This document shows, one piece after another, positions 37,742-49,218 of a stretch of DNA of 64,000 nt; positions within the stretch are counted from its first letter, which is position 1; each line of letters begins with the position of its first letter. Location: assembly GCA_965261275.1 (NCBI GenBank), contig CBDHCL010000005.1, forward strand, positions 744,710 to 808,709, in the 5' to 3' direction. The position numbers and the translations under genes are program-made. The DNA comes from an uncultured Pseudohongiella sp. (lineage in GTDB: Bacteria > Pseudomonadota > Gammaproteobacteria > Pseudomonadales > Pseudohongiellaceae). Under the pieces are notes generated by a model, which did no database searches, had not been told where the DNA came from, and saw only the letters and a list, made by a program, of their open reading frames with translations.

Positions 37742-39922
37742 TTAGTGACTGCCAGCAATATTCTGGTTGGTTTTACGAGCCTTGCGACTTTTTACCCGAG
37801 TTACCCTGGCGACGGGCTTGATCAGTCTTACCCGTTTCATTACCCGCGCTAAATGCACTCGATTATGTACATTGAGCGACAGGTTGACAATACTGAACCT
37901 GGCGTCCCTTTCTGCGGTGGATATCTTTTCTATATTGGCTTCGGTGCCAGTGATTGTTGTGGCCAGGGTGGCAATAATCCCGCGTTGATTTTCAAGCTCC
38001 ACCCGCAATTCTACCGAGAATTCGCCTTCTACATTTGGATCCCAGCCTACGGCGACGCATTTTTCCGGGTTGTCACGAATGTCGGTAATATTATTACAGT
38101 CGTCGGTATGAATTACCATGCCACGACCAGAACTAACGTGGGCTACAATCGGGTCGCCAGGAATTGGATGACAACATTTGGCATAGTTCATCACCATTCC
38201 TTCAGAGCCGAGTATATCGAGTTTGCCCTGCCGGTCTGATTCTTTTTGTGCATCACCGGGTGAAATATCGCTCTGTGCAGCCAGACGCTGAGCAATCATG
38301 TAGGACATACGGTTGCCCAGGCCGATTTCTTCCAGCAATTGGTCGAGAGACAGTAATTTTGTTTGTTGCAGCACAGCGTCGATATTTTCTTGAGAGATAT
38401 TGTCCAGCTGATTGCCGAAGCCCGCCAATGCCTTGTTTAGTAGTCGCCTTCCCAGAGTAATGGATTCTGATTGTTTTTGGTGCTTCAAATAGTGACGAAT
38501 GTTACTGCGAGCCTTGCCGGTAACTACAAAACTTAACCAGGCGGGATTGGGTTGAGTGCCCGGTGCTGTGATTATTTCCACAGTCTGACCACTTTGCAGT
38601 GGTTCGCTAAGAGGCGCCAAGCGTCGGCTAATTCTACAAGCCACGCAAGAATTTCCCACATCGGTATGAATTGCGTAGGCAAAATCCACCGCAGTGGAGC
38701 CGGCAGACAATTCGAAAATCGTCCCTTTTGGTGTAAAAACGTAAATCTCATCGGGGAATAGATCAATCTTTACGTTCTCGATAAATTCCAGAGAATTGCC
38801 CGCATGTTTCTGCATATCCAACAAGCCGTTCACCCACTCTCTGGCCCGCACATGGGGATTGCTGGGCCGGTCATCGCTGGACTTATACAGCCAATGAGCT
38901 GCGATTCCATCGTTCGCCATCGCCTCCATTTCCTCGGTACGGATTTGGATTTCGATGGGAACAGCGTGCATTCCGAAAAGCGTGGTATGCAATGATTGGT
39001 AGCCATTTGCTTTGGGAATCGCAATATAATCCTTGAAGCGCCCTGGAACCGGTTTGTAGAGACTGTGTACCGCGCCAAGAACGCGATAGCAAGTATCGAC
39101 ACGATCAACGGCGATTCGAAAAGCATACACATCCATGATTTCCGAAAATGACTTGCGCTTGCTACGCATTTTTTCGTAAATACTGTAGAGGTGCTTTTCT
39201 CGACCGGTGCAGCGGCCCGGCAATCCTTCCCGTTCCAGACATGCCGCTATTGATGTTTCAATTTTTGAAAGAATTTCTTTTCGATTGCCACGAATACGTT
39301 TTACAGCGGCACTAATTCGCCTGGCACGCATTGGATAGAGGGCAGCAAAACCAAGCTCCTCGAACTCAATCCTCACCATATTCATGCCCAGGCGATTGGC
39401 AATGGGCGCATAAATGTCCAATGTTTCCCTGGCGATTCGTCTTCGCTTATCAGGCGCCAGCACATCCAGGGTGCGCATATTATGTAAGCGGTCGGCAATC
39501 TTAACGAGAATAACGCGCAAGTCCTTCGCCATGGCCATGGCCATCTTCTGGAAATTCTCCGCTTGTGCCTCGGCGTGACTACTGAAGGTAATTTTGTTGA
39601 GTTTGCTAACGCCATCGACCAGATCTGCAACCGAGTTGCCAAACTGGGTTTTGATGGCAGTTTTGGTAATACCGGTATCTTCGATTACATCGTGTAACAT
39701 GGCCGCCATTAAACTCTGGTGATCCATGTGCATTTCGCCAAGAATACCAGCCACAGCCAGGGGATGAGTTACATAGGGATCGCCGCTACGACGGAACTGA
39801 CCCTCATGGGCTTGTTCCGCATAGTAATAGGCGCGACGAACGTTGTTGACTTGCTCCTCACCCAGATAGTCGGTAAGGCCCGAGGCCAGCGAGTCGATTG
39901 TGTTAATTGCCGGAACCTGCAA
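37742..39922 (-). CDS. spoT: bifunctional (p)ppGpp synthetase/pyrophosphohydrolase
   Basis: HD domain (HPLAVA...LHDVIEDT), RelA/SpoT synthetase domain, TGS and ACT regions. Follows rpoZ, as in many Gammaproteobacteria. Confidence 0.9.
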   Translation of the reverse strand: MQVPAINTIDSLASGLTDYLGEEQVNNVRRAYYYAEQAHEGQFRRSGDPYVTHPLAVAGILGEMHMDHQSLMAAMLHDVIEDTGITKTAIKTQFGNSVADLVDGVSKLNKITFSSHAEAQAENFQKMAMAMAKDLRVILVKIADRLHNMRTLDVLAPDKRRRIARETLDIYAPIANRLGMNMVRIEFEELGFAALYPMRARRISAAVKRIRGNRKEILSKIETSIAACLEREGLPGRCTGREKHLYSIYEKMRSKRKSFSEIMDVYAFRIAVDRVDTCYRVLGAVHSLYKPVPGRFKDYIAIPKANGYQSLHTTLFGMHAVPIEIQIRTEEMEAMANDGIAAHWLYKSSDDRPSNPHVRAREWVNGLLDMQKHAGNSLEFIENVKIDLFPDEIYVFTPKGTIFELSAGSTAVDFAYAIHTDVGNSCVACRISRRLAPLSEPLQSGQTVEIITAPGTQPNPAWLSFVVTGKARSNIRHYLKHQKQSESITLGRRLLNKALAGFGNQLDNISQENIDAVLQQTKLLSLDQLLEEIGLGNRMSYMIAQRLAAQSDISPGDAQKESDRQGKLDILGSEGMVMNYAKCCHPIPGDPIVAHVSSGRGMVIHTDDCNNITDIRDNPEKCVAVGWDPNVEGEFSVELRVELENQRGIIATLATTITGTEANIEKISTAERDARFSIVNLSLNVHNRVHLARVMKRVRLIKPVARVTRVKSRKARKTNQNIAGSH

Positions 39923-39949
39923 AACTCGACTCCAGGGGTAAGTTAGTGA

Positions 39950-40303
39950 TCAGGCTTCTGCGACAGCCGCTTCTTTTTCATCTTTCTGCGCGGCAGGCTG
40001 TTCAGCGGCATCTTCGTCAGTTGCAGCAACAGCGTCGCTGGCCTCAGCAGAAATTTCTTCCTCTGCTTCAGTTGGCATTTCTTCAAGCACAATACCAGGC
40101 GGCCTGGCTAGCAGGATGCTGGCATCAACCAGTCCTTCCGCTATTTCGCGCAGAGCCAGCACCGTAGGCTTGTCATTGTCTACCGATACCAGGGGATCCC
40201 GGCCGCCAGTTTGAATCTGCCGGGAGCGCTTGCTGGACACCATGACCAACTCAAAACGGTTATCAACCTTGTCTAAACAATCTTCTACAGTGATTCTAGC
40301 CAT
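39950..40303 (-). CDS. rpoZ: DNA-directed RNA polymerase subunit omega
   Basis: [30 protein letters not shown]. Acidic C-terminal extension. Confidence 0.9.
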   Translation of the reverse strand: MARITVEDCLDKVDNRFELVMVSSKRSRQIQTGGRDPLVSVDNDKPTVLALREIAEGLVDASILLARPPGIVLEEMPTEAEEEISAEASDAVAATDEDAAEQPAAQKDEKEAAVAEA

Positions 40304-40485
40304 ACCCAACCCTTACTAATCTACTTGTTTCATGGCGCCGAACTGCGCAGATACAAGCTGTATGAGGCAGGCCGGCAGCAACTCCGAAGAGCAACTTTAC
40401 CGAGGACTGGGGATTTTACTGAATTCCGGCCAGAAATGCATACTATTCTTCAGCGGGACGGGCTGATGGTACCCTGTAGTGCAAG

Positions 40486-41106
40486 CTAATTGCCTTTGCC
40501 AAGGCTGGATAACAGGCGCGCCTGACTGGTTTCCTGGCTTTTCACGCTAAGCCGCCGTGATCGAATAATGGCGCAAAGATCGTCTAAAGCAGTTTCAAAA
40601 TCTTCGTTTACCACTACAAAATCCGCTTCGGCTACATGGGATATTTCAGTAACGGCCTGTTTCATGCGACTTTCGATGGTTTCTGCATCATCCTGAGCGC
40701 GGCCATGCAAGCGGGTTTTTAATGTCTCCAGAGAAGGAGGGAGTATGAATAGGGAGCAGGCAGTCGGGTCAAGATTGCGAACCTGGATAGCGCCCTGCCA
40801 GTCTATTTCCAGAATCACATCGAAGCCGCTGTCTAACTGCTCATTTATCCATAATTGGGAGGTTCCGTAGTGATTTCCATACACCCGGGCACTCTCGAAA
40901 AGATCACCGGCCTGCTGCATCTGCATGAAATCAGCTTCGCTGACAAAGTGATAATTGACGCCATCTTGTTCACCGGGACGCATTGCGCGAGTGGTGTGGG
41001 ATATCGATACGCATAGCTGTTGTTCTCTCTCCACCAGTGCCTTGACCAAACTTGTTTTCCCGGCACCAGAAGGGGCGGTCACTATAAAGAGCGTACCTTT
41101 AGTCAT
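40486..41106 (-). CDS. gmk: guanylate kinase
   Basis: APSGAGKTSLVKAL P-loop, ISHTTRAMRPGEQDGVNYHF. Confidence 0.95.
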   Translation of the reverse strand: MTKGTLFIVTAPSGAGKTSLVKALVEREQQLCVSISHTTRAMRPGEQDGVNYHFVSEADFMQMQQAGDLFESARVYGNHYGTSQLWINEQLDSGFDVILEIDWQGAIQVRNLDPTACSLFILPPSLETLKTRLHGRAQDDAETIESRMKQAVTEISHVAEADFVVVNEDFETALDDLCAIIRSRRLSVKSQETSQARLLSSLGKGN

Positions 41107-41186
41107 ACCGCTTTGTCCGCGTGGGTTCTTGTTGCATGCGCCAGTTTGTTCAGTATTGCTGTTACCGGGTTTATGAAGAACGGGAA

Positions 41187-42056
41187 TTACTCAATGTTCT
41201 GTACCTGTTCGCGCATCTGTTCGATTAATACTTTCAACTCGACGGCACTGCGCGTTGTTTCAACCACAATCGATTTGGAGGAAAGCGTATTTGCCTCTCG
41301 GTTCAATTCCTGCATGAGGAAATCCAGCCGGCGACCTTTCTGTCCGTTGCTATTCAGTACCCGCTCCACTTCATTGAGATGAGAATGTAGCCTGTCCAAT
41401 TCTTCTTCGACATCAGCTTTCTGTGCCAGTAGCGATACTTCCTGTTCCAGGCGGGTTGGTTCCAGTTCGGCCTTGAGCTCATCCAGTCGATGCAAAATGG
41501 CTTGCTTTTGCTTGACTAAAATGTCGGGCATCTTATCGCGCACAGAGACCACGATCTCACGAATGGAATCGATGCGCCGTGCAATAAACCCTTTCAGTTC
41601 GGCGCCTTCCCTTTGTCGTGTTGCTACCAGGTCATCGAGGGCGGCAGTAAACAATTCCAGCGCCTGTTTTCCGATGCTGGCCTTGTCAAAACCCTGTTCT
41701 TCAATTACGCCAGGCCAGCGCAACAGCTCCATATTCTTTATGCTGGATGTGGTTCCGGTGATCTTCCCGATTTCGCTGTTGGCTTGTACTAATTTTTCAA
41801 TAAGTGCGGTATTCAAGTGCAGGTTTGTGGACACATTGGCCTGCGACTGAAAGCGGAGCTGGCACTCAAGCTTTCCGCGGCGCAGTCTTTTTCGCACCGT
41901 CTCACGCACCGCATTCTCCAGGGATCGAAACGATTCTGGCAAGCGTACACTGGTTTCCAGGTAACGGTGGTTGACTGATCGAATCTCCCAGGTTAATGAA
42001 CCCCACTGCTGTTCTACCTGTTGCCTGGAAAAGGCAGTCATGCTCAAAGTCATCAT
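41187..42056 (-). CDS. yicC: YicC family stress-induced protein
   Basis: SMTAFSR...WEIRSVNHRYLE N-terminus, EELDRLHSHL, LMQELNREANTLSSKS. Confidence 0.9.
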   Translation of the reverse strand: MMTLSMTAFSRQQVEQQWGSLTWEIRSVNHRYLETSVRLPESFRSLENAVRETVRKRLRRGKLECQLRFQSQANVSTNLHLNTALIEKLVQANSEIGKITGTTSSIKNMELLRWPGVIEEQGFDKASIGKQALELFTAALDDLVATRQREGAELKGFIARRIDSIREIVVSVRDKMPDILVKQKQAILHRLDELKAELEPTRLEQEVSLLAQKADVEEELDRLHSHLNEVERVLNSNGQKGRRLDFLMQELNREANTLSSKSIVVETTRSAVELKVLIEQMREQVQNIE

Positions 42057-42124
42057 CTGTTCCGAAATCTAATGGAAAGAGACCTTGCCCGATTCAAAAA
42101 ATGGTCGGAAGTGGGACTTTGGTG

Positions 42125-42186
42125 CCACCATCTACAACCATCTTGCGCGGCTGAAGCCGCACTTCCGACAATCATGCAAGGCTCTC
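42125..42186 (+). repeat. ~60-bp dispersed repeat, copy 3
   Basis: CCACCATCTACAACCATCTTGCGCGGCTGAAGCCGCACTTCCGACAATCATGCAAGGCTCTC. The upstream GTCGGAAGTG (about 42103) can pair with CACTTCCGAC. Confidence 0.8.
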
Positions 42187-42335
42187 TGAAAGCTAATGAT
42201 GGTATTTTAACCTAATCCGCTGCTAATCACAGTGAACTTTCTGGCTGAAGCTGTTCGACTTTCTACGGCGACTCGCTATACGATTCAATATCAAGGATAA
42301 TTTGCCAGCATTATTTGATAAGCCACGGGGAAGTT

Positions 42336-43061
42336 ATGACTGAACTGAAACGACCAAGCCAAAGAAGCGCAGATCAACTGCGTAAGATTTCTATAAGCAG
42401 GAACTACACGAAGCACGCAGAAGGCTCGGTACTGGTAGAGTTCGGCGATACCCGGGTTTTGTGTAATGCCAGCGTTGAATCATCAGTACCGCGATTTTTG
42501 AAGGGTCGGGGTCAAGGCTGGATAACGGCTGAATACGGAATGCTCCCGCGTTCAACCGGGAGTCGCATGGATAGAGAGGCGGCCAGAGGGAAACAATCGG
42601 GCCGCAGTCTCGAAATACAACGGTTAATAGGCAGGTCACTTAGGGCGGCTATTGATTTGAGCCAATTGGGAGAGCGCACGATTAAGGTCGATTGTGATGT
42701 GATACAGGCGGATGGTGGCACCAGGACGGCTTCGATTACTGGCGGCTGTGTGGCAATGATGGACGCCATCCATCACATGCTTGAGAACAAGATGCTTAGT
42801 GGCAACCCGGCGAAGCAGTTAATCGCGTCCGTATCTGTCGGGATTTTTCAGGGCCATGCTGTTCTTGATCTGGATTATGATGAGGACTCGAACGCCGAGA
42901 CCGATATGAATATTGTGATGACAGAGTCCGGCGGGTTTATCGAATTGCAGGGTACTGGTGAGGACGGGGATTTCAGTCAGCAGCAATTGCTGGAAATGCT
43001 TGCACTGGCGAAGAGCGGGATTCAAGACTTGCTAAGGTTCCAGAAACAGGCACTGTCCTGA
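42336..43061 (+). CDS. rph: ribonuclease PH
   Basis: [43 protein letters not shown]. Start taken at the ATG at 42336. Confidence 0.95.
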   Translation: MTELKRPSQRSADQLRKISISRNYTKHAEGSVLVEFGDTRVLCNASVESSVPRFLKGRGQGWITAEYGMLPRSTGSRMDREAARGKQSGRSLEIQRLIGRSLRAAIDLSQLGERTIKVDCDVIQADGGTRTASITGGCVAMMDAIHHMLENKMLSGNPAKQLIASVSVGIFQGHAVLDLDYDEDSNAETDMNIVMTESGGFIELQGTGEDGDFSQQQLLEMLALAKSGIQDLLRFQKQALS

Positions 43062-43127
43062 TTGCTGTTCATTTTTTCTGTAAGGAGATTTTGAATCAAA
43101 CAATCAAGAGGTACTCAAGAGACAATC

Positions 43128-43781
43128 ATGCGAGAATTTCAAACTGGTTTTTTAAAATTCGTAATCGAACATGAAATACTGCGCTTTGGTGAGTTTGGCT
43201 TGAAGTCGGGGCGGGTCAGCCCCTATTTTTTTAATGCTGGATTATTCGACACCGGGGAAAAACTTTCTTTCCTGGCGAAATGCTACGCCGCTGCGATTGC
43301 AGATTCCGGGATTGAGTTTGACCTGTTGTTTGGACCTGCCTATAAAGGCATTCCGCTGGCAACGGCAACGGCAATGGCGCTCGCGAACAGGCATGGCATT
43401 AACAAGCCTTACTGTTTCAATCGAAAAGAAACAAAGTCTCATGGGGAAGGGGGGTCTATTGTCGGTGCCGGATTAACTGGAAACGTGTTGATTGTGGATG
43501 ATGTCATTACAGCAGGGACTGCGATAAGAGAAGCAGCAGAAATTATCAATGACAGCGGTGCTATTGTTAGCGGTATAGCGGTTGCGATGGATAGACAGGA
43601 AAAAGGTACTGGTAATTTATCTGCGATTCAAGAGATTGAACAAAACTACCAAATAAAAGTTGTCAGTATTATTAGTCTGCGAGACATAGTAGATTATTTA
43701 ACGGCATCGAAGAATGAGAAATTACAAGCCTGCCTGGATGCAGTAGTTGCCTATCGGGAAGACTACGGCGTCGAAGCCTAG
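43128..43781 (+). CDS. pyrE: orotate phosphoribosyltransferase
   Basis: [36 protein letters not shown]-binding motif. Confidence 0.95.
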   Translation: MREFQTGFLKFVIEHEILRFGEFGLKSGRVSPYFFNAGLFDTGEKLSFLAKCYAAAIADSGIEFDLLFGPAYKGIPLATATAMALANRHGINKPYCFNRKETKSHGEGGSIVGAGLTGNVLIVDDVITAGTAIREAAEIINDSGAIVSGIAVAMDRQEKGTGNLSAIQEIEQNYQIKVVSIISLRDIVDYLTASKNEKLQACLDAVVAYREDYGVEA

Positions 43782-43791
43782 ATAGTCACCG

Positions 43792-44418
43792 TCAGGCGAC
43801 AGGTTCCGACTCGGTTGTGGTGCTGTAGGCTGTCAACAAATTCTGGCCAAGAAAATTCCACTGCGCCTCCCAGTTTTCTAATGGGGAGACACTGAACTCA
43901 CTTCGTACGAACTGCGCCAATTTGCCTTCACAAGAGGCCAGTAGCAGATTTGCTGCCACAGCGGGGGAGATTGAAGTTTTCAGGTTTTCTCTAATCTGTG
44001 CTTCTCGCAAGACTTGTTTCAACTGAGATTCCAGGCGATTGAAAAATTGTGCGATGCGCTCACGCAATCTCTCCGTTTCTCCTGCGAGGACATCGCCTGT
44101 TAGCAAGCGAGTCATTCCAGGATTCTTGTCGAAAAAAGTAAGCACCAACAAGAGAATGTTTTCGCAGCGTGCTTCGGCACTGGCTTGCTCATTAAGAATT
44201 CTGGAGATTCGTTCAAACAGCGTCTCTTCAATGAAGGTGATGAGTCCTTCGAACATTCTCGCCTTGCTGGGAAAGTGTCGGTACAGAGCGGCCTCGGAAA
44301 CGCCAACCTCCCTTGCCAGAGCCGCCGTGGTGATGCGTTCACCGGGCGCTGCTTCCAACATGCGTGCAAGTGCTTGCAAAATCTGGTCTTTGCGAGAAAT
44401 CTTGCTGGATTTATTCAT
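43792..44418 (-). CDS. slmA: TetR-family nucleoid occlusion factor SlmA
   Basis: [34 protein letters not shown]-type HTH. Conserved position next to pyrE. Confidence 0.8.
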   Translation of the reverse strand: [208 protein letters not shown]

Positions 44419-44511
44419 AACTAATTTTTGCTGCTCTGGTTGGGCTTGTCGGAAAATGAAGTTTTTAGCTTGTTGTGGATGTTTAAGTCATTGCTATTAA
44501 ACATATTATCT

Positions 44512-45486
<975 letters not shown>

Positions 45487-45544
45487 TTATTGAATACCAG
45501 TCTTCGCTGTATTTGCTGCCTTTACTACTGTTCTCACTGCGGTT

Positions 45545-46993
45545 CTAAAAATTTATTTCCAGGTTCTTGTCCGCGCTGCGGATTAACGCTTTAAACTCAC
45601 CTTGTATTTCACTCAGCCTGGAGGCTGTATCGGCCTCAAAGCGAAGTAATAATGCGGGGCTGGTATTAGATGCTCGTACCAGTCCCCAGCCGTCATCATA
45701 TTCAACTCTCAAGCCATCCAGGGTGATCATTTTAGCGGCCGGGAATCGCGCCTGCTCAAGTAGTTGATCCATCAGTTCAAACTTTCGCTCCTCAGCAACA
45801 GCAAGTTTGATTTCCCCGCTGCTTATTCCGCTATCAAATAGTGCGAAAACCTCGTTACTGGTTTTTGTCGTCTCGCTAAGTATCTGTAAAATTCTTGCCG
45901 CCACATAAAGGCCATCATCGAAGCCGAACCAATCGTCCCTGATAAAGATATGTGCAGCGAACTCGCCGCCAAGGATAGCGTCTGTTTCCAGCATTTTTTG
46001 CTTCATGAATGAATGGCCGCTTCTGTGCATCACGGGAATAGCACCGCATTGCCTGATTAAATCTCTCAATTTACTGCTGCACTTAACATCAAAAACCACC
46101 GCCCTGCCTGGAAAATCAGGTGTTATGGCTTTCACCAGCAACATAAGCATTTGATCTGCATTGATGAACTTTCCCCGATTACTTACCAGCCCTATTCGAT
46201 CTCCATCTCCGTCCAGGGCAACGCCAATATCAGCGTTTTCCTTCAGCACTGCCGCAGATAACAGCGCAAGATTTTCTGGCACAGTCGGATCTGGATGATG
46301 GTTGGGAAAGCTGCCGTCTATAGCGCAAAATATGGCCTCTACCTGGCAACCCAGGGCGCGTAACAGCAATGGTGCAATTTCCCCCGGCACTGCATTTCCG
46401 CAATCAAGGACAAGCTTCATTGGTCGTTTCAGCTTTATTCTGGAACTAACATTTTCGATATAGTCAGCCCTTACATCGATCTCATTAAAGCGTCCTTCAC
46501 CTGATCGCAGTTGTCTTGTTTCTATGCGCGTTCTAATCGATTGTATCTGCTTGTCTGCAAGACAGCCTTGATTGAATACAATCTTTAATCCGTTGTAATT
46601 CGCCGGGTTATGGCTCGCGGTCAACATAACTCCCGAGGAATATTCCGTAGTATGGGTGGCGAAGTACAGTAGCGGCGTTGGTATTAACCCGAGGCTCACT
46701 ACGTGGCAACCGCTACATCGAATGCCATCCATCAATGCGCGAGAAAGCACTGGACTGGAGAGTCTTCCATCATAGCCAACGAGCAGTGTATTGATTCCAT
46801 TGTCCAAAGCTTCACTGCCGATGGCCTCGCCAATTTTCTTAACGCTGCTACTATTCAGTTGTTGCTCTACTATGCCGCGAATGTCATAAGCGCGAAAGAT
46901 GGACTTCGCTATCGCTTCATGATCAATGTGTGTTGCCGCTTTAGCCATGTTCGTCACCAGGGTTTGTGTCGCGTTATTGTGCTTGTCGGTCAT
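45545..46993 (-). CDS. algC: phosphomannomutase/phosphoglucomutase
   Basis: SIFRAYDIRG, TASHNPANYNGLK (active-site Ser), DGDGDR, GGEFAAH. Collinear with P. aeruginosa AlgC as remembered. Confidence 0.9.
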   Translation of the reverse strand: MTDKHNNATQTLVTNMAKAATHIDHEAIAKSIFRAYDIRGIVEQQLNSSSVKKIGEAIGSEALDNGINTLLVGYDGRLSSPVLSRALMDGIRCSGCHVVSLGLIPTPLLYFATHTTEYSSGVMLTASHNPANYNGLKIVFNQGCLADKQIQSIRTRIETRQLRSGEGRFNEIDVRADYIENVSSRIKLKRPMKLVLDCGNAVPGEIAPLLLRALGCQVEAIFCAIDGSFPNHHPDPTVPENLALLSAAVLKENADIGVALDGDGDRIGLVSNRGKFINADQMLMLLVKAITPDFPGRAVVFDVKCSSKLRDLIRQCGAIPVMHRSGHSFMKQKMLETDAILGGEFAAHIFIRDDWFGFDDGLYVAARILQILSETTKTSNEVFALFDSGISSGEIKLAVAEERKFELMDQLLEQARFPAAKMITLDGLRVEYDDGWGLVRASNTSPALLLRFEADTASRLSEIQGEFKALIRSADKNLEINF

Positions 46994-48173
46994 TCAACAC
47001 AGTGGCAATAAGTTGCAGCATGTTTCTGGCGACATTACTTTTGTTCCCTGCGCCTAATTCCACCTCGGTGGTAGCGGTTAGTGCAGTAACTGAAATTGAA
47101 TCACTATTGAAAGTGTCGGTTGCGTTATTGGCAAACAACATATCAAGGTTTTTTTGTTTCAATTTCTTTTTCCCGTTACTTACAATGTCATTCGTTTCTG
47201 CGGCAAACCCAACCACAAAAGGTCTGGACTTTAGTTTCGCGACTTCGCTGATGATGTCTGGGTTCTTCACCAGAGTAAGCAGCATTTGATCATCGGTTTT
47301 TTTAATTTTTTCTGGCTGGATCTGAACAGGGCGATAATCCGCCACTGCGGCTACGCCGATAAACACATCGCAAGTAGTCAACAGCTCAAGCGTTGCCCGC
47401 AACATTTCGTCGGCACTAACGACGTCGATTCGATTGACGCTATCCGGCGTCTCTAAAGCAACGGGACCACTGATGAGGGTAACTTTAGCGCCGGCTGACA
47501 CAGCCTCGGTGGCAAGCGCATAAGCCATCTTGCCAGAGCTGTGATTGCCAATATAGCGAACCGGGTCCAGTGCTTCCCGCGTTGGACCGCCTGTAATCAC
47601 AACATGCTGGCCAGCGAGCTGACCTGTTTCAAACAGGTCAGCACTTAATTCTACTAACTGACCAGGTTCCAGCATGCGACCTGGGCCAACATCACCGCAG
47701 GCTTGCTCGCCGTCCCCTGGGCCAAATAGATGGCAGCCACGCTGTATGAGAATGTTCAGGTTCGACCTGGTGCTGGCAGCGGCCCACATGGCTTGATTCA
47801 TGGCAGGTGCCAGCGCAATCCGGGCCGAGGTCGCCAAGACCAGAGCCGACAAGATGTCGTCCGCCTGACCATGGCTTATTCGTGCGATGAAATCTGCGGT
47901 GGCCGGGGCAACCAATACCAGGTCTGCCCAGCGTGCCAGTTCGATATGCCCCATTGCTGCCTCAGCATCGCAGTCCAGCAGGTCTACATGCACGCGCTGA
48001 CCCGAAAGTGCCTGCATTGTAAGCGGCGTGATGAATTCAGTCGCTGCACGGGTCATGGCCACTCTAACTTCAGCGCCAGCCCTGGTGAGCAGCCGCGTTA
48101 ACTCGGCGCATTTGTAGGCGGCGATACCGCCAGTGATGCCGAGCAAGATTCGTTTGTTAGTAAGGCTTAACAT
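46974..48173 (-). CDS. coaBC: bifunctional phosphopantothenoylcysteine decarboxylase/synthetase
   Basis: ILLGITGGIAAYK flavoprotein N-terminus. ITGGPTREALDPVRYIGNHSSGKMAYALA CoaB domain. Confidence 0.9.
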   Translation of the reverse strand: MLSLTNKRILLGITGGIAAYKCAELTRLLTRAGAEVRVAMTRAATEFITPLTMQALSGQRVHVDLLDCDAEAAMGHIELARWADLVLVAPATADFIARISHGQADDILSALVLATSARIALAPAMNQAMWAAASTRSNLNILIQRGCHLFGPGDGEQACGDVGPGRMLEPGQLVELSADLFETGQLAGQHVVITGGPTREALDPVRYIGNHSSGKMAYALATEAVSAGAKVTLISGPVALETPDSVNRIDVVSADEMLRATLELLTTCDVFIGVAAVADYRPVQIQPEKIKKTDDQMLLTLVKNPDIISEVAKLKSRPFVVGFAAETNDIVSNGKKKLKQKNLDMLFANNATDTFNSDSISVTALTATTEVELGAGNKSNVARNMLQLIATVLNDRQAQ

Positions 48174-48378
48174 GGAGGCCCAACAGATATAGGGTGGCTC
48201 AAGGAACAGCTAGACTAGCAGTTAGGGCAGGTCTGATCAATTCCGGGCTGTTAGCCATTCTATGATCAGTGCTTCGCCCCATTAAATTGGTCAATTTGGC
48301 CGCAGATTAAGGAAATAAGCCAGTACAGTCTATTATTTGGTGGTAATCGATGAAAATCACACGCGAGGGAATTGCTTG

Positions 48379-49053
48379 ATGAGTATAGCGGCTTGGCCAA
48401 TAGAAGAGAGACCCAGGGAAAAGCTACTGAGCAAAGGAGCGGCGAGTTTATCAGATGCGGAGCTGTTGGCTGTGCTGCTACAGACTGGCACCAGGGGTAA
48501 GACATCACTGGATATTGCCAGGGATATGCTGAATCGCTTCGACGGGCTGGTGGGTATAATGGCAGCAGACCTTGACACGCTAACCGAGCATCCTGGCATT
48601 GGTATGGCGAAGGCCGCTCGTTTCGTCGCCATGAAGGAGTTGTCTCAGCGTCATATGCTGGAAGGCATAAAATCCAGAGACATTTTAACCAGTTCCACTG
48701 CCACCCGAGATTATTTGCGAGCCAAGTTCCGAGACTGCCAGAGCGAAATTTTTAGCTGCCTGTTTCTTAACAACCAGCACCATGTGGTTAAGCTGGAAGA
48801 GCTGTTTCAGGGCACCATAGATGGCGCTGCTGTCTATCCCAGAGAGGTGGTTAAACGCTGTTTACACCACAATGCAGCGGCGGTAATTCTCGCTCATAAC
48901 CACCCTTCAGGGGTCGCAGAACCTAGCCAGGCGGACATTGCAATTACCAATAAACTGCGGATTGCTCTACAAACCATCGAGGTTCGGGTATTGGATCATC
49001 TGGTGATTGGCAATTCGACGGTGGTTTCCTTCGCGGAGCGAGGGCTATTGTAG
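48379..49053 (+). CDS. radC: RadC-family JAB-domain protein
   Basis: ERPREKLLSKGAASLSDAELLAVLL, ILAHNHPSGVAEPSQAD (JAMM motif). Confidence 0.9.
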   Translation: MSIAAWPIEERPREKLLSKGAASLSDAELLAVLLQTGTRGKTSLDIARDMLNRFDGLVGIMAADLDTLTEHPGIGMAKAARFVAMKELSQRHMLEGIKSRDILTSSTATRDYLRAKFRDCQSEIFSCLFLNNQHHVVKLEELFQGTIDGAAVYPREVVKRCLHHNAAAVILAHNHPSGVAEPSQADIAITNKLRIALQTIEVRVLDHLVIGNSTVVSFAERGLL

Positions 49054-49078
49054 CCCTGCGAATTGCCGCTTAGAGAGA

Positions 49079-49154
49079 CGGTTCCTCCTGCTGGTCTGTG
49101 GTGTTTAACAAGTTCAGGTAGTCCTCAATAGCTTGCCTTACCCTGGTTATTTTT
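49079..49154 (-). mobile_element. ~76-bp internal fragment of the IS1182-family transposase gene
   Basis: The reverse complement (AAAAATAACCAGGGTAAGGCAAGCTATTGAGGACTACCTGAACTTGTTAAACACCACAGACCAGCAGGAGGAACCG) matches about 21674-21750 of the intact IS. Confidence 0.8.
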
Positions 49155-49218
49155 CATTGCTGGTTTCGTTGAAACGCCTCTTCGGTTTCATGCCGGCGTA
49201 CCAGGTAGCAAGCAGCGC

